From: Treponemataceae bacterium
GTDB lineage: Bacteria > Spirochaetota > Spirochaetia > Treponematales > Rectinemataceae
NCBI GenBank assembly: GCA_963667725.2
Contig: CAXXHO010000003.1
Span: forward strand, 416,001 to 480,000
Length of the DNA: 64,000 bases
Direction of reading: 5' to 3'
The notes under the pieces are model-generated. The model did no database searches, had not been told where the DNA came from, and saw only the letters and a list, made by a program, of their open reading frames with translations. Shown piece after piece: positions 1 through 9,913 of this stretch; positions within the stretch are counted from its first letter, which is position 1, and each line of letters starts with the position of its first letter. The position numbers and the translations under genes are program-made.

Positions 1-354
1 GTGTCCAAGGGCATCGAGATCATCGAAAACCTTCGCGGCCATACTTCGGGGATCGCGGTGCCGACCTTCGTCATCGACGCGCCGGGTGGCGGGGGTAAAA
101 TACCGGTCATGCCCGATTATCTCATAACGCAGAACGAGAAACGCGTGATTCTGAGGAATTATGAAGGCGTGATCACCACGTATGATGAACCTCATTTCTA
201 TGAGGAAGACTGCGGAAAGTGCAGGATTTGTTTCGAGGAGCCTTGGCTGAAGCCGACATGCGGCGTCGCTCGTTTGCTGGACGGCCAGGAAAAAGTGCTT
301 GAACCGACGAACTTGGCTCGAGCTTCCCGGTGCCATCATTCCGAAGCGCTTTAA
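1..354 (+). CDS. kamA: Lysine 2,3-aminomutase, C-terminal part (gene begins before the window)
   Basis: [41 protein letters not shown] matches the KamA C-terminus; lies upstream of kamBCDE. Confidence 0.92.
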   Translation: MSKGIEIIENLRGHTSGIAVPTFVIDAPGGGGKIPVMPDYLITQNEKRVILRNYEGVITTYDEPHFYEEDCGKCRICFEEPWLKPTCGVARLLDGQEKVLEPTNLARASRCHHSEAL

Positions 355-379
355 GCTTGGGCGATGAGGCGATGGAATA

Positions 380-1291
380 ATGCTGCCTGACGCGATGAAT
401 TTCCTGAATGGCATCAATCTCGTCACGGGACCAGGAAGGGCTTGCGGAAAGACGGCATTCGCTCAAGCCGCGGCCCTTTCGCTACGAAATGCCGGCAAAG
501 GCTTCGCCATGCTCTCGATCGGCGTCGAGGGAAGCGTTGCCGGGCGGGAGGCGGCGCGGAGCGACTCAATCGTGTCGCTGGCAAGCGGCGAGGTTTTTAT
601 CACGGCTTCAGGATTTTTAGGGGCAGCGACCTGTCTGCCCGAAATTCTGGATGTGCTGCCGGGTGAATCGGCCTTCGGCCAACTTGCCATAGCTAGGGCT
701 TCCCGCTTCGGAAAGGCAATTCTCGCGGGTCCGGAAAGGAATGAATATTTGCGCTGGGCCGTTGAGCGAATAGTCGGGGAAGGTTGGGCGACCACGGTCA
801 TCGTGGATGGCGCGCTCAATAGGATCACTCAGGCGGCTTCGCTTCGCTCCGCCAGACTGTTCTATGCCCTGCGGGTGGATGCGTCCAATAAGCGCTCGAT
901 GGCAGGGAAGCTGCGATATCTGCATCGGCTGATATCCCTTCCTTTATTAGGCGATATTGAGATGGATATCCGGACGGGCAAGCCCGTCTCTAGGATAAAA
1001 GGTCCCTTGACGGCATCGCTGCTCGGCGGAATGGCATCCGATGTAAAGGTGATTGTCGTGGAAGACTTTTCCAAGATATTCCTCGATGAGAGGGATTTGA
1101 CGGACCTGATGAAGAAACGCGTTTTGGCTGTAGCCTCCTCGGTGGAGTTCGGGGGATTTTCCGTGGCTCTCCGCTCCGTAAAGAGAGGGGAATTCGAGAC
1201 GATCCTGGGGGATGAGCTTAAAAACCTCGTAATCTCTTGGGATGCCTATACAGAAACGGGCATCAAGGAAATGGGCGATGCGAGAATCTGA
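380..1291 (+). CDS. kamB: KamB-like accessory protein (putative lysine 5,6-aminomutase reactivase subunit)
   Basis: P-loop-like GPGRACGKT, SIG and VDGALNR motifs; sits between kamA and the MutS-V gene as in known kam clusters. Confidence 0.7.
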   Translation: MLPDAMNFLNGINLVTGPGRACGKTAFAQAAALSLRNAGKGFAMLSIGVEGSVAGREAARSDSIVSLASGEVFITASGFLGAATCLPEILDVLPGESAFGQLAIARASRFGKAILAGPERNEYLRWAVERIVGEGWATTVIVDGALNRITQAASLRSARLFYALRVDASNKRSMAGKLRYLHRLISLPLLGDIEMDIRTGKPVSRIKGPLTASLLGGMASDVKVIVVEDFSKIFLDERDLTDLMKKRVLAVASSVEFGGFSVALRSVKRGEFETILGDELKNLVISWDAYTETGIKEMGDARI

Positions 1292-3071
1292 TTCAGTGGC
1301 GGAAAATAAAGTCTGTTCCCCGGGCGCATGGCTTTTCTCGAGGCTGGAAGAGCTATGGGCGGAACTTCAGCCGCTGACACCGTTCGGAAGGGATGTGATC
1401 GCCAAAAGAATCGTGCATTCCGATCAGGAGATGATCCTTTCTTCCTACGATGACATCAATGCCTATGAATCCTTCATCCGAGTCCATGGTTCCGATAAAG
1501 CGAGGATCGACAGGCTTGCGTGGCATCTGGGGCGAATTCCCCGTCTTCCCTCATTCGCCGATTCCGATATCGCCGGTGCCATGGATACGGAGGTTGGCGA
1601 TGTGGGAATGGGCGGCGATTTTAATGTCGTGGAATTGTTCCTCTTCAAGAAATTCCTCTCCAATTATAAAGCCTGCCATGATCTCCTGGATGACGCGCTG
1701 AGAGAGCGTTTTGGCTTTTCGTTTGAATCGGAACCTTTGTCCGCTTTACTAGAAAAAGGCGGCAGCGACTCGGAAACTTTCCAGATTTCCGAGCGTTATG
1801 ACGGAGAGCTGAGGCGGATAAGAAGCGACATCGGCAGAATTGGGGAAGAACTCGAAAAGGCTAAACGCGTTCTCGCAGAGTCGGCGAGGGATACCTGGGG
1901 ACTCGACTTCACGGGAAGGGATTTCCTGACTGTACCCATCGAAAAAGCCGTCGCTATAGCGTCCGAATCCAATTGCGGGACTCGCGGACGGATAGCCGTA
2001 GAACCTTATGACGATTTTTCCTGCCTTGTCAGGATTCTCCCCGATTCGGCGTATCTTGCGCTTGAATTGAGGAGAGAAGCGTTGCGCGACGAAGAGAGTT
2101 GCGCTGAAAATTCGATTGCCTCGAAAATATCAAAGATCGTTCAACGTTCTAGAACGGATTTCGAGCGCTACATGCGCGCCGCCGAAAGGCTCGATCTCGC
2201 GAGATGCCGGTATTTGCTCAAGAAAAAATACGATCTATGCAGGCCGGAATTCCTCGGGAGGGGAATCAGCATTAAAAGCGGCAGATTCCTGCCCCTCCTT
2301 CAGGACTGCAACGACATGAGAACGACGTATGTGCCGATCGAAATCGATCTCCGGCATCCCGTCACCGTACTTTTCGGTTCCAATATGGGGGGTAAAACGG
2401 TAGTGCTCCAGAGCCTGCTGTTTTTTCAGATAATGGCGCAGAGCTGCCTTAATGTTCCGGCCAAGGCTTTTTCGAGCCAAGTATTCGATGCCATCGAGTA
2501 TGTAGGCGAAGGGGCGGGGGGAGAAAGCCGCGGACTTTCGAGTTTTGGCCACGAAATTCATTTCCTCTCCAAGATCCTCAGAATGTCCATGACGAAGTCC
2601 TGCCTGGTGGCATTCGACGAATTTGCCCATACGACGGGTTCGGAGGAAGCGGAAGCTCTGCTTGCGGCCGTTATCCATCACTTTTCGGGAATGGATCGAT
2701 GCGCGATTCTTTTCGCTACGCATTTTCGAGGAATCGCGAGGCATAATAATGTTCATTGGCTCAAGATGGCTGGATTGGATATCGAAGCCGCCAGGATCTG
2801 GTTCTCGGCCGGTAAATCAGGCATAGCCGATGCGTCAGGTAAGGCAGAGTTCCTTGAAACCTCCCAGTCTCTCGAGGAGAGGATCAGGAGGATCAATAAA
2901 ATGATGCGTTATGAGATATTGGAAGACAAGGGCGGAGGCGGCGACATCGAAGACCGATCCGACGCGCTCGAGATAGCCTCGCTTCTCGGTCTGGATAAAA
3001 ACATTGTCGACGAGGCAGTCTCGAATCTGAGCGGCAGGCGCCTGATGTACAGAGAAAAATATCCGGAGTAG
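1278..3071 (+). CDS. kamC: KamC-like MutS domain V ATPase (putative reactivase subunit)
   Basis: GSNMGGKT Walker A, GLSSFGHE, FDEFAHTT and ATHF MutS-V motifs; no mismatch-binding domain; ATG 1278 follows AAGGA. Confidence 0.78.
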   Translation: MRESDSVAENKVCSPGAWLFSRLEELWAELQPLTPFGRDVIAKRIVHSDQEMILSSYDDINAYESFIRVHGSDKARIDRLAWHLGRIPRLPSFADSDIAGAMDTEVGDVGMGGDFNVVELFLFKKFLSNYKACHDLLDDALRERFGFSFESEPLSALLEKGGSDSETFQISERYDGELRRIRSDIGRIGEELEKAKRVLAESARDTWGLDFTGRDFLTVPIEKAVAIASESNCGTRGRIAVEPYDDFSCLVRILPDSAYLALELRREALRDEESCAENSIASKISKIVQRSRTDFERYMRAAERLDLARCRYLLKKKYDLCRPEFLGRGISIKSGRFLPLLQDCNDMRTTYVPIEIDLRHPVTVLFGSNMGGKTVVLQSLLFFQIMAQSCLNVPAKAFSSQVFDAIEYVGEGAGGESRGLSSFGHEIHFLSKILRMSMTKSCLVAFDEFAHTTGSEEAEALLAAVIHHFSGMDRCAILFATHFRGIARHNNVHWLKMAGLDIEAARIWFSAGKSGIADASGKAEFLETSQSLEERIRRINKMMRYEILEDKGGGGDIEDRSDALEIASLLGLDKNIVDEAVSNLSGRRLMYREKYPE

Positions 3072-3077
3072 GACACA

Positions 3078-4634
3078 ATGAGAGAAAAGCTGGGTTTATC
3101 GAAGGATTTGATCGTCGAAGCCAGGGAGCTGGCGAACGCCATCTGCTCTCCCGTGCTTTCGTTTGTCGACAGGCATGCGAGCGTGACGGTAGAGCGCGCG
3201 ACATTGCGGCTGTTGGGGGCTGATGGCGCCAACGGCGACGGAGTGCCCGTGCCTAACCTGATCGTGGATTCGCTGAGGGACAGACTCTCGTCCGGAACGG
3301 CGTTATGGTACGCGAATGGGCTTGTTGCCGGGGGAATGACGGTCCACGAGCTCAACGCGAAGATTTCCAAAGGCTTCGATATATCCTCGTTGCCGATGGC
3401 CGATCCCGCCGCGGTCAGGGCAAAGGCGGACGCTCTAGCCGAGGACGGCCTTTCAAGAATCGCGGAAAACAGGAAGTTTCGGAAGGGAAAGCTCGCGGAA
3501 TTCGAGGGCAGGAACAACGAACCTTTGCTGTATCTGATAGTGGCGACAGGCAATATTTTCGAGGATGTGAAGCAGGCGCGCTCGGCGGCCAAAAGCGGCG
3601 CCGACGTGATCGCCGTGATAAGAACCACGGCACAAAGCCTTCTCGATTATGTGCCCTACGGAGCCACGACGGAAGGTTTTGGCGGAACCTATGCCACGCA
3701 GGAGAACTTCAGGATAATGAGAGCGGCTCTCGATGAAGTGGCGGAACAGGAAAAGCGCTACATTTACCTGACGAACTACGCCTCCGGGCTCTGCATGCCC
3801 GAGATTGCCGCCATGGGCGCCATCGAGCGGCTCGACATGATGTTGAACGATTCCATGTACGGGATTTTATTCCGCGACATAAATATGTACCGTACATTCG
3901 TGGACCAGAAATTCAGCCGCATGATCAACGCCTACGCGGGCGTCATCATCAATACAGGAGAGGATAATTACCTGACGACCAGCGACGCCTTCGACAAGGC
4001 CTATACGGTTTTAGCCTCGCAGTTCCTCAATGAACGATTCGCCTACGCCGCGGGGCTAGAACCCTGGCAAATGGGCTTGGGCCATGCTTTCGAGATGGAC
4101 CCGACGATTCCCGATGGATTCCTCTATGAGTTTGCCCAAGCCCAGATGGCGAGGGAGATTTTTCCGGAACATCCGCTGAAATATATGCCGCCCACGAAAT
4201 ACATGTCGGGAGATATCTTCAACGGCCTGGCGATGGACACTATGTTCAACTTCGCCTCGAAAGCGACGGGGCAGGGCATTCACCTGCTCGGCATGCTCAC
4301 CGAAGCGATCCACACTCCTTTCATGATGGATAGGTTCATAGGCGTACGAAACGCGAAATATGTCATGAATGCCATGGCTTCCTTCGGGGACGATATCGAA
4401 TTCAGGCCGGATGGCATCATGGTGAAGCGGGCGCGAGACGTGCTGGACAGGACTCTTTGTTTCCTGAGGAAAATCAAGGAGAGAGGACTGATGGACGCGA
4501 TAGCCGAAGGGCTTTTTGCCGATATAAAGCGGCCTCCCGATGGCGGGAAAGGGTTCGACGGGCTTGTTGAAAAAGACCCAAGGTACTGGAATCCCGTGGA
4601 AGACCGGCTTTCATCGGCCTTATCGCTCCATTGA
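3078..4634 (+). CDS. kamD: Lysine 5,6-aminomutase alpha subunit
   Basis: SVTVERATLRLLG, IVATGNIFED, QSLLDYVPYGATTEGFGGTYATQENF, KYMPPTK. Confidence 0.96.
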   Translation: MREKLGLSKDLIVEARELANAICSPVLSFVDRHASVTVERATLRLLGADGANGDGVPVPNLIVDSLRDRLSSGTALWYANGLVAGGMTVHELNAKISKGFDISSLPMADPAAVRAKADALAEDGLSRIAENRKFRKGKLAEFEGRNNEPLLYLIVATGNIFEDVKQARSAAKSGADVIAVIRTTAQSLLDYVPYGATTEGFGGTYATQENFRIMRAALDEVAEQEKRYIYLTNYASGLCMPEIAAMGAIERLDMMLNDSMYGILFRDINMYRTFVDQKFSRMINAYAGVIINTGEDNYLTTSDAFDKAYTVLASQFLNERFAYAAGLEPWQMGLGHAFEMDPTIPDGFLYEFAQAQMAREIFPEHPLKYMPPTKYMSGDIFNGLAMDTMFNFASKATGQGIHLLGMLTEAIHTPFMMDRFIGVRNAKYVMNAMASFGDDIEFRPDGIMVKRARDVLDRTLCFLRKIKERGLMDAIAEGLFADIKRPPDGGKGFDGLVEKDPRYWNPVEDRLSSALSLH

Positions 4635-4646
4635 GGGGGAAACATA

Positions 4647-5387
4647 ATGGTAAATATCGTAAGACCTTACGGCGACACCCTCGATGACGGTAAAGTCCAG
4701 CTTTCATTCACGCTACCCATTCCCGCCGGTTCGCGTGCCATGGAAGCCGCGAAGGCCATGGTGCTGGACTGGGGCTTCGATGAATGCGAGATCGCGCATT
4801 CCGCTCCTATGGACGAATCCTTCACCTTCTTCATAGCCTACGCGAAAACGGGGCGCGGCATCGATTACGATTCGATCAAAGCCGACAGCAGCGGCGACGA
4901 AGCCGCGATGACGATGGATGAAATCAACGCTTTCATAAGCGAAAAATTCGGCAGGAAGGTCGTCATCGTGGGCGCCTGCACGGGATTCGACGCCCATACG
5001 GTAGGCATCGACGCGATAATGAACATGAAGGGCTACAATCATCATTACGGACTCGAACGTTACGCGATGATTGAAGCGCACAACCTCGGTGCGCAAGTTC
5101 CGAATGAGAAACTTATCGAATTCGCGGAAAAAGTGAATGCCGACGCGATTCTCGTGTCTCAAATCGTCACGCAGAAGGATGTCCATCTCGAGAATCTCAC
5201 CCAGCTCATAGAACTGCTCGAAGCCTCGGGGGAGCGGGGACGTTTCATATGCGTAGTGGGAGGCCCCCGCATTTCCAATAAGCTCGCGGCCAAGCTCGGG
5301 TATGATGCCGGATTTGGAAGAGGCACATACGCGGACGATGTGGCGACATTTGTCGTAAAAAAAATTGAAAAGAAAAATAAAAGTTGA
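4647..5387 (+). CDS. kamE: Lysine 5,6-aminomutase beta subunit (B12/PLP-binding)
   Basis: PYGDTLDDGKVQLSFTLP; DAHTVGIDAIMNMKG (DxHxxG plus PLP lysine); VSQIVTQK. Confidence 0.96.
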   Translation: MVNIVRPYGDTLDDGKVQLSFTLPIPAGSRAMEAAKAMVLDWGFDECEIAHSAPMDESFTFFIAYAKTGRGIDYDSIKADSSGDEAAMTMDEINAFISEKFGRKVVIVGACTGFDAHTVGIDAIMNMKGYNHHYGLERYAMIEAHNLGAQVPNEKLIEFAEKVNADAILVSQIVTQKDVHLENLTQLIELLEASGERGRFICVVGGPRISNKLAAKLGYDAGFGRGTYADDVATFVVKKIEKKNKS

Positions 5388-5521
5388 CGATGTTCTGTTG
5401 ATTTTCGGGTTTCTGGGGAGCACTATTCGAGGGTAAGAGCCGGGCGCGGCGGCATTTCGGCGGCGGTTGACGCTTCCGCAGGCTGGTCGCGTACGACAAG
5501 CATTCTCCAAGGAGGCTTTAC

Positions 5522-7156
5522 ATGGAGCATTTCGGGATACTGGCGCTATTGCCGCCGGTGCTCACTGTCGTCCTGGCGATTTGGTCCAAAGATGTCGTCA
5601 TCAGCCTTTTCCTGGGCATCATATCGGGAACGCTCATCGTGGCGGGGGGCAATCCGTATTTTGCCTTGATAGGACTCACGGATCTGCTTGCCGACATGCT
5701 CGCCGACGGGTGGAATATCCGGATCATACTTTTCTGCGGCCTGCTCGGATCCCTCGTGGGCATGTGGAACAAGACCGGCGCGGCTTTCGCCTTCGGCAGC
5801 TGGGCCGGAAAGAAGCTTAAAACCAGGGTAGGCGTCCTGCTTTTTACCTGGATTTTCGGGATCCTTATTTTCATCGATGACTATTTCAACAGCCTGACGA
5901 TAGGCGCCTGCATGAAACCCGTCTGCGATGAGAAGAAGATTTCGCGGGCGAAGTTGGCGTATATTCTCGATTCGACGGCCGCGCCCGTATGCATTCTCGC
6001 TCCCATTTCTTCCTGGGTTATCACGGTAATGAGCTACACGAAAAGCGCCGAGGGCTTCGACAGGCTAGGAATAAGCGAGTTTGAATACTTCATAAGGACA
6101 ATCCCCTTCAACCTTTACGCGGTCTTCGCGATTCTCATGGTTTTTTTCATAGCATTCAAAGGCCGGGATTTTGGACCTATGGCCAGATCCGAGGCTCGCG
6201 CGGGAAAAGGCATCGCCCTGTTCGATGAAAAGCGTTTCGGGATCGTGGCGGGGAAAATGGATGCCAAGGCGCAGTCTTCCAATGCCGTATGGTTCGATTT
6301 CCTGATCCCGCTGATCGTGCTGGTCATCTCCGCTGTTTTCTTTTTCCCGATGACGACATGGATGGGAGCGGTCGACGGAGAGGCCGTCAAGACCCTCGGC
6401 GCGGCGATGTCCTCCATGTCGCTCGGCGAAGCATTCAACAATACCGACGCCTCAAAAGCCTTGTTCTACTCCATCATGTTCACCATCGTGATCTCCTATG
6501 TCTATTTCCTGGCGCGTCGGCTCCTTACCATCAGTTCAAGTTCCGAAGCGATCATCGAAGGACTTAAATCCATGATTCCGGCTATCCTCATCCTGTCCTT
6601 GGCTTGGTCGATCGGATTCATCATCAAGAAAGCGCCGGAAGACGGCGGCGTAGGGCTTGCCAATTATCTCTCCAAGATCGTCGTCAATGGCGGATTTCCC
6701 CTCTGGCTTCTGCCTGTCGTCGTATTCCTGATTTCCTGCGTCATATCCTTCTCCACAGGCACAAGCTGGGGAACCATGGCGATAATGATACCGATCGCGA
6801 TGCCCATAGCCATCGCGCTCGGCGAAAAAATCGGACTCTCCGGCGAAGCGCTGATCAACAGCACGCTCGTGCCGATCGCAGCCGTGATGGGAGGAGCCGT
6901 GTTCGGCGATCACTGCTCGCCGATCTCCGATACGACCATCCTGTCGTCGACAGGCGCTAACTGTCCGCATCTCGAACATGTGGCGACCCAAATGCCGTAC
7001 GCGATTTTCGTGGCCATCTGCGCGGTTTTCGGTACGCTCGCGGCGGGGATAGCGGGGAGCGCCCTTGTCGGCCTGGCGGTTACCGGAGTCTTCTTCGCCC
7101 TAGGCCTCGGGCTTATGCCAAAAATATGGGGCGTCGAAAAATTCGATCTGGAGTGA
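5522..7156 (+). CDS. Na+/H+ antiporter NhaC-family membrane protein, probable lysine/amino-acid transporter
   Basis: Multi-TM; FIDDYFN, DSTAAP, STGTSWGT, GAVFGDHCSPISDTT motifs; substrate inferred from context. Confidence 0.85.
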   Translation: MEHFGILALLPPVLTVVLAIWSKDVVISLFLGIISGTLIVAGGNPYFALIGLTDLLADMLADGWNIRIILFCGLLGSLVGMWNKTGAAFAFGSWAGKKLKTRVGVLLFTWIFGILIFIDDYFNSLTIGACMKPVCDEKKISRAKLAYILDSTAAPVCILAPISSWVITVMSYTKSAEGFDRLGISEFEYFIRTIPFNLYAVFAILMVFFIAFKGRDFGPMARSEARAGKGIALFDEKRFGIVAGKMDAKAQSSNAVWFDFLIPLIVLVISAVFFFPMTTWMGAVDGEAVKTLGAAMSSMSLGEAFNNTDASKALFYSIMFTIVISYVYFLARRLLTISSSSEAIIEGLKSMIPAILILSLAWSIGFIIKKAPEDGGVGLANYLSKIVVNGGFPLWLLPVVVFLISCVISFSTGTSWGTMAIMIPIAMPIAIALGEKIGLSGEALINSTLVPIAAVMGGAVFGDHCSPISDTTILSSTGANCPHLEHVATQMPYAIFVAICAVFGTLAAGIAGSALVGLAVTGVFFALGLGLMPKIWGVEKFDLE

Positions 7157-7176
7157 GCAATAATAGGGAGGTAGTG

Positions 7177-7848
7177 ATGATCGAAAAGCCCGTCATCAAC
7201 GCCGATGAAGCGGCCGCTTTGATAAAGGATGGAATGGTCGTGCACATCGGTGGATTCCTCGGCTGCGGATCGCCTGACAAAGTGATCGCCGCCCTGGCTC
7301 GATCGGAGGCGAGGAATCTGACGCTCGTCTGCAACGATACGGCCATCCATGACGAGAAAACGGGCAAGATGACGGGCATGGCCTCCCTCATACCATTAAA
7401 AAAATTCTCCCGGGTGATCGTGTCGCACATCGGCACGAATCCGGATACTCAGCGTATGATGAATTCAGGGGAACTGGAAGTGATCCTCGTGCCGCAGGGG
7501 ACGTTGGCCGAAAGAGTAAGGGCGGCTGGCTATGGCCTCGGCGGGATTCTCACGCCGACTGGCGTCGGAACCGAGGTAGAATCAGGGAAGCGAAAGATCA
7601 TCGTCGGCGGCAAAGTGTTTCTGCTCGAACTGCCCCTCGGGGGCGATATAGCCCTCATCAAGGCGAAAAAGGCGGACAAGGCAGGCAATCTCGTCTATTC
7701 GAAGACGGCGCGGAACTTCAACCCGCTCATGGCCATGGCCTGCGGAATCGTCGTAGCCGAAGTCGAGGAGATCGTGGAAATCGGCGAAATAGATCCCGAG
7801 AATGTCCAGACTCCATCCATCATGGTTCACTATCTCGTCAAGGCTTGA
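7177..7848 (+). CDS. atoD: Butyrate/acetate:acetoacetate CoA-transferase subunit A
   Basis: GGFLGCGSP, SHIGTNP, PQGTLAER, ARNFNP; GGGAGG RBS before ATG 7177. Confidence 0.9.
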   Translation: MIEKPVINADEAAALIKDGMVVHIGGFLGCGSPDKVIAALARSEARNLTLVCNDTAIHDEKTGKMTGMASLIPLKKFSRVIVSHIGTNPDTQRMMNSGELEVILVPQGTLAERVRAAGYGLGGILTPTGVGTEVESGKRKIIVGGKVFLLELPLGGDIALIKAKKADKAGNLVYSKTARNFNPLMAMACGIVVAEVEEIVEIGEIDPENVQTPSIMVHYLVKA

Positions 7849-7864
7849 GGAGGGGCAGGGTACG

Positions 7865-8548
7865 ATGGAGTACATCGAGAACAAAGAAGCGATCGCCAAG
7901 CGAATAGCCAGATTTTTCACGAGCGGCGACGTGGTGAATCTCGGAATAGGATTGCCTACCCTTGTGGCTAACTACCTGCCCGACGATGTCACGCTCATTC
8001 TGCAGTCGGAAAATGGGATGCTCGGACTTGGACCGGCTCCGGCTCCCGGGCAGGCCGACAAGGATCTCACGAACGCCAGCTCGATGCCGGTGACCATGCT
8101 GCCAGGAGGCTGTTTTTTCGACTCGGCCATGAGTTTCGGCATCATTAGGGGCGGTCACGTGGATTTTACGGTGCTGGGCGTCCTGGAAGTGGATCAGGAA
8201 GGCAATCTGGCGAACTATAAGATTCCCGGGAAAATCGTTCCGGGCATGGGCGGCGCCATGGATCTCGTCGTGGGCTCGAAAAAAGTAATCGCCGCGACGA
8301 CGCATTTTGAAAAGTCGGGCGCCGCCAAGCTTAAAAGGCTTTGCAGTCTTCCTTTGACGGCGACCCATGAAGTGGACTATGTCGTCACCGATCTCGGATT
8401 CTTCGAAGTGAGGGAAGGAAAATTCCTGCTATGGGAATGTTTTCCGCCCTACACTCCGGAATTCGTGATTTCGAGCACCGATGCCGATATCGTCCTTGCG
8501 GATGATATCATTCGGTCCAAAGCTCCACGAGATGAATCAGAGTCTTGA
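7865..8548 (+). CDS. atoA: Butyrate/acetate:acetoacetate CoA-transferase subunit B
   Basis: VNLGIGLPT, QSENG (catalytic Glu), IRGGHVD, GMGGAMDL. Confidence 0.9.
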   Translation: MEYIENKEAIAKRIARFFTSGDVVNLGIGLPTLVANYLPDDVTLILQSENGMLGLGPAPAPGQADKDLTNASSMPVTMLPGGCFFDSAMSFGIIRGGHVDFTVLGVLEVDQEGNLANYKIPGKIVPGMGGAMDLVVGSKKVIAATTHFEKSGAAKLKRLCSLPLTATHEVDYVVTDLGFFEVREGKFLLWECFPPYTPEFVISSTDADIVLADDIIRSKAPRDESES

Positions 8549-9764
8549 CGGCTAGCGACATTTCGCCCGCTGATGCCCATTCATGCCGCGAATGGTAATT
8601 GTAGCCCCCCGTGAAAATGTTGGGCGTGGGTATGCCCATCTCGGTGAGGCGGGAGCCGTCGGTGCCGCCTCTGATCGGGACTATTTTAGGTTCGGCGCCG
8701 GCCCGCTTGATCGCTTCTTTCAGCTTTTCCAGCACGGAAGGGTTCTGGTCGAGCTTTTCCTTCATGTTGAGATACTGTTTCTTTACGGTGAGTTCTACCT
8801 TTCCGAGCGGAAACTGGGCTTCCACGGCTGAAGCGAAAGCTTTCATGGCCTCGATTCGCTTTTCCATGCCTTCGGAGGTGAAATCGCGCAGATAGATGTC
8901 GACGGCCGTTTTCTCCATCGATCCTGAGATTTCTATGGGGCAGTAATAGCCGAACCAGTTGTCGGTAGCCTCGGGACTTTCGGAACGAGGAAGCATGGCG
9001 ACGAACTGGCAGGCCATAACTACGGCGTTCGCGAATTTGCCGCGCGCGGCGCCGATATGGATTACCTTGCCGATGAATTCGGCGCGGACACTATAGGCGG
9101 TGAAGCACTCGGCTTCTATTTCGGCCGAGGCTCCGCCGTCGAGCGTATAGCAGGCTATGGATTTGACTTTCTTCAAAGGGAAGAGGTTCATTCCCTTCCC
9201 CGTTTCCTCATCGGGCGTGAAGAAAATCTCCAGCGGGCTATGTTTTACCTCGGGATGGGCGGCGAGCCATTCGATGGTCGTCATGATTTCGGCGATGCCC
9301 GCCTTGTCGTCCGCGCCCAGAAGGGTCCTGCCGTCGGTGGTGATGATCGTATCGCCCACGTGGTCGAGCAGACATGGGTCGTCGACCGTGGTGAGCGTAT
9401 CCTCGGGGGAAAGCACGATCGCTTTTCCGTCATAATTTCGAATCAGATTGGGCGACACATTGGAGCCTGGTACGTCGCTGGCCGTGTCCATATGAGCCAT
9501 GAGGCCAATAACGGGCTTGCTTTCCATTCCCGCGGAAGCGGGGACCCTCGCTATCAGGTAGCAGTGGTCATCGAGCGAGACATCGGTCAATCCTAATTCC
9601 TTCAATTCCCGTTCCAGTAGTTTTGCCAGGCTCCATTGGGTTTTCGTGGATGGAATATCCTCGATGTGCCGATCGCTCTGGGTATCGATTTTCGCGTAGC
9701 GTATGAGTCGATCGATCATGGCGGCGGCGTAAGGTTGGTCTAGAAAATGTTTGTAGTCTTTCAT
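8508..9764 (-). CDS. pepT: Peptidase T (M20B tripeptide aminopeptidase)
   Basis: AHMDT, LLGADDKAG, FTPDEE, IRGGTDG, PTPNIFTGG.N.H. Confidence 0.95.
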   Translation of the reverse strand: MKDYKHFLDQPYAAAMIDRLIRYAKIDTQSDRHIEDIPSTKTQWSLAKLLERELKELGLTDVSLDDHCYLIARVPASAGMESKPVIGLMAHMDTASDVPGSNVSPNLIRNYDGKAIVLSPEDTLTTVDDPCLLDHVGDTIITTDGRTLLGADDKAGIAEIMTTIEWLAAHPEVKHSPLEIFFTPDEETGKGMNLFPLKKVKSIACYTLDGGASAEIEAECFTAYSVRAEFIGKVIHIGAARGKFANAVVMACQFVAMLPRSESPEATDNWFGYYCPIEISGSMEKTAVDIYLRDFTSEGMEKRIEAMKAFASAVEAQFPLGKVELTVKKQYLNMKEKLDQNPSVLEKLKEAIKRAGAEPKIVPIRGGTDGSRLTEMGIPTPNIFTGGYNYHSRHEWASAGEMSLAVKTLIHLVELWTE

Positions 9765-9913
9765 GGTGAGGAATTATGCCCGGAAAACGCGGCCAAAGCA
9801 ACTGCCGGAAGTCCTTCCGGTACCTTTTGGCGCGGGGGAGAAACGGCGCGAGGCCGGCATGAAAAGCGGCGCATCACTTGCTCTTTTTAACCGGCTTTCT
9901 TATCATTGATCCA
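9765..9913. promoter_or_regulatory. Back-to-back sigma70-like promoters, both apparently leaderless
   Basis: Minus strand: TTGCTT-17-CATAAT-8-ATG (pepT). Plus strand: TTGCTC(9878)-17-TATCAT(9901)-7-ATG(9914). No SD in either spacer. Confidence 0.6.

Noticed and set aside
1278..3071. MutS/MutS2 mismatch-repair or ribosome-rescue gene
   Set aside because: No mismatch-binding or Smr domain is visible; the position between kamB and kamD fits KamC.
5388..5521. Lysine riboswitch upstream of the NhaC-family transporter
   Set aside because: Only 134 nt including a possible promoter, and I cannot find the conserved L-box core; an Rfam scan would settle it.
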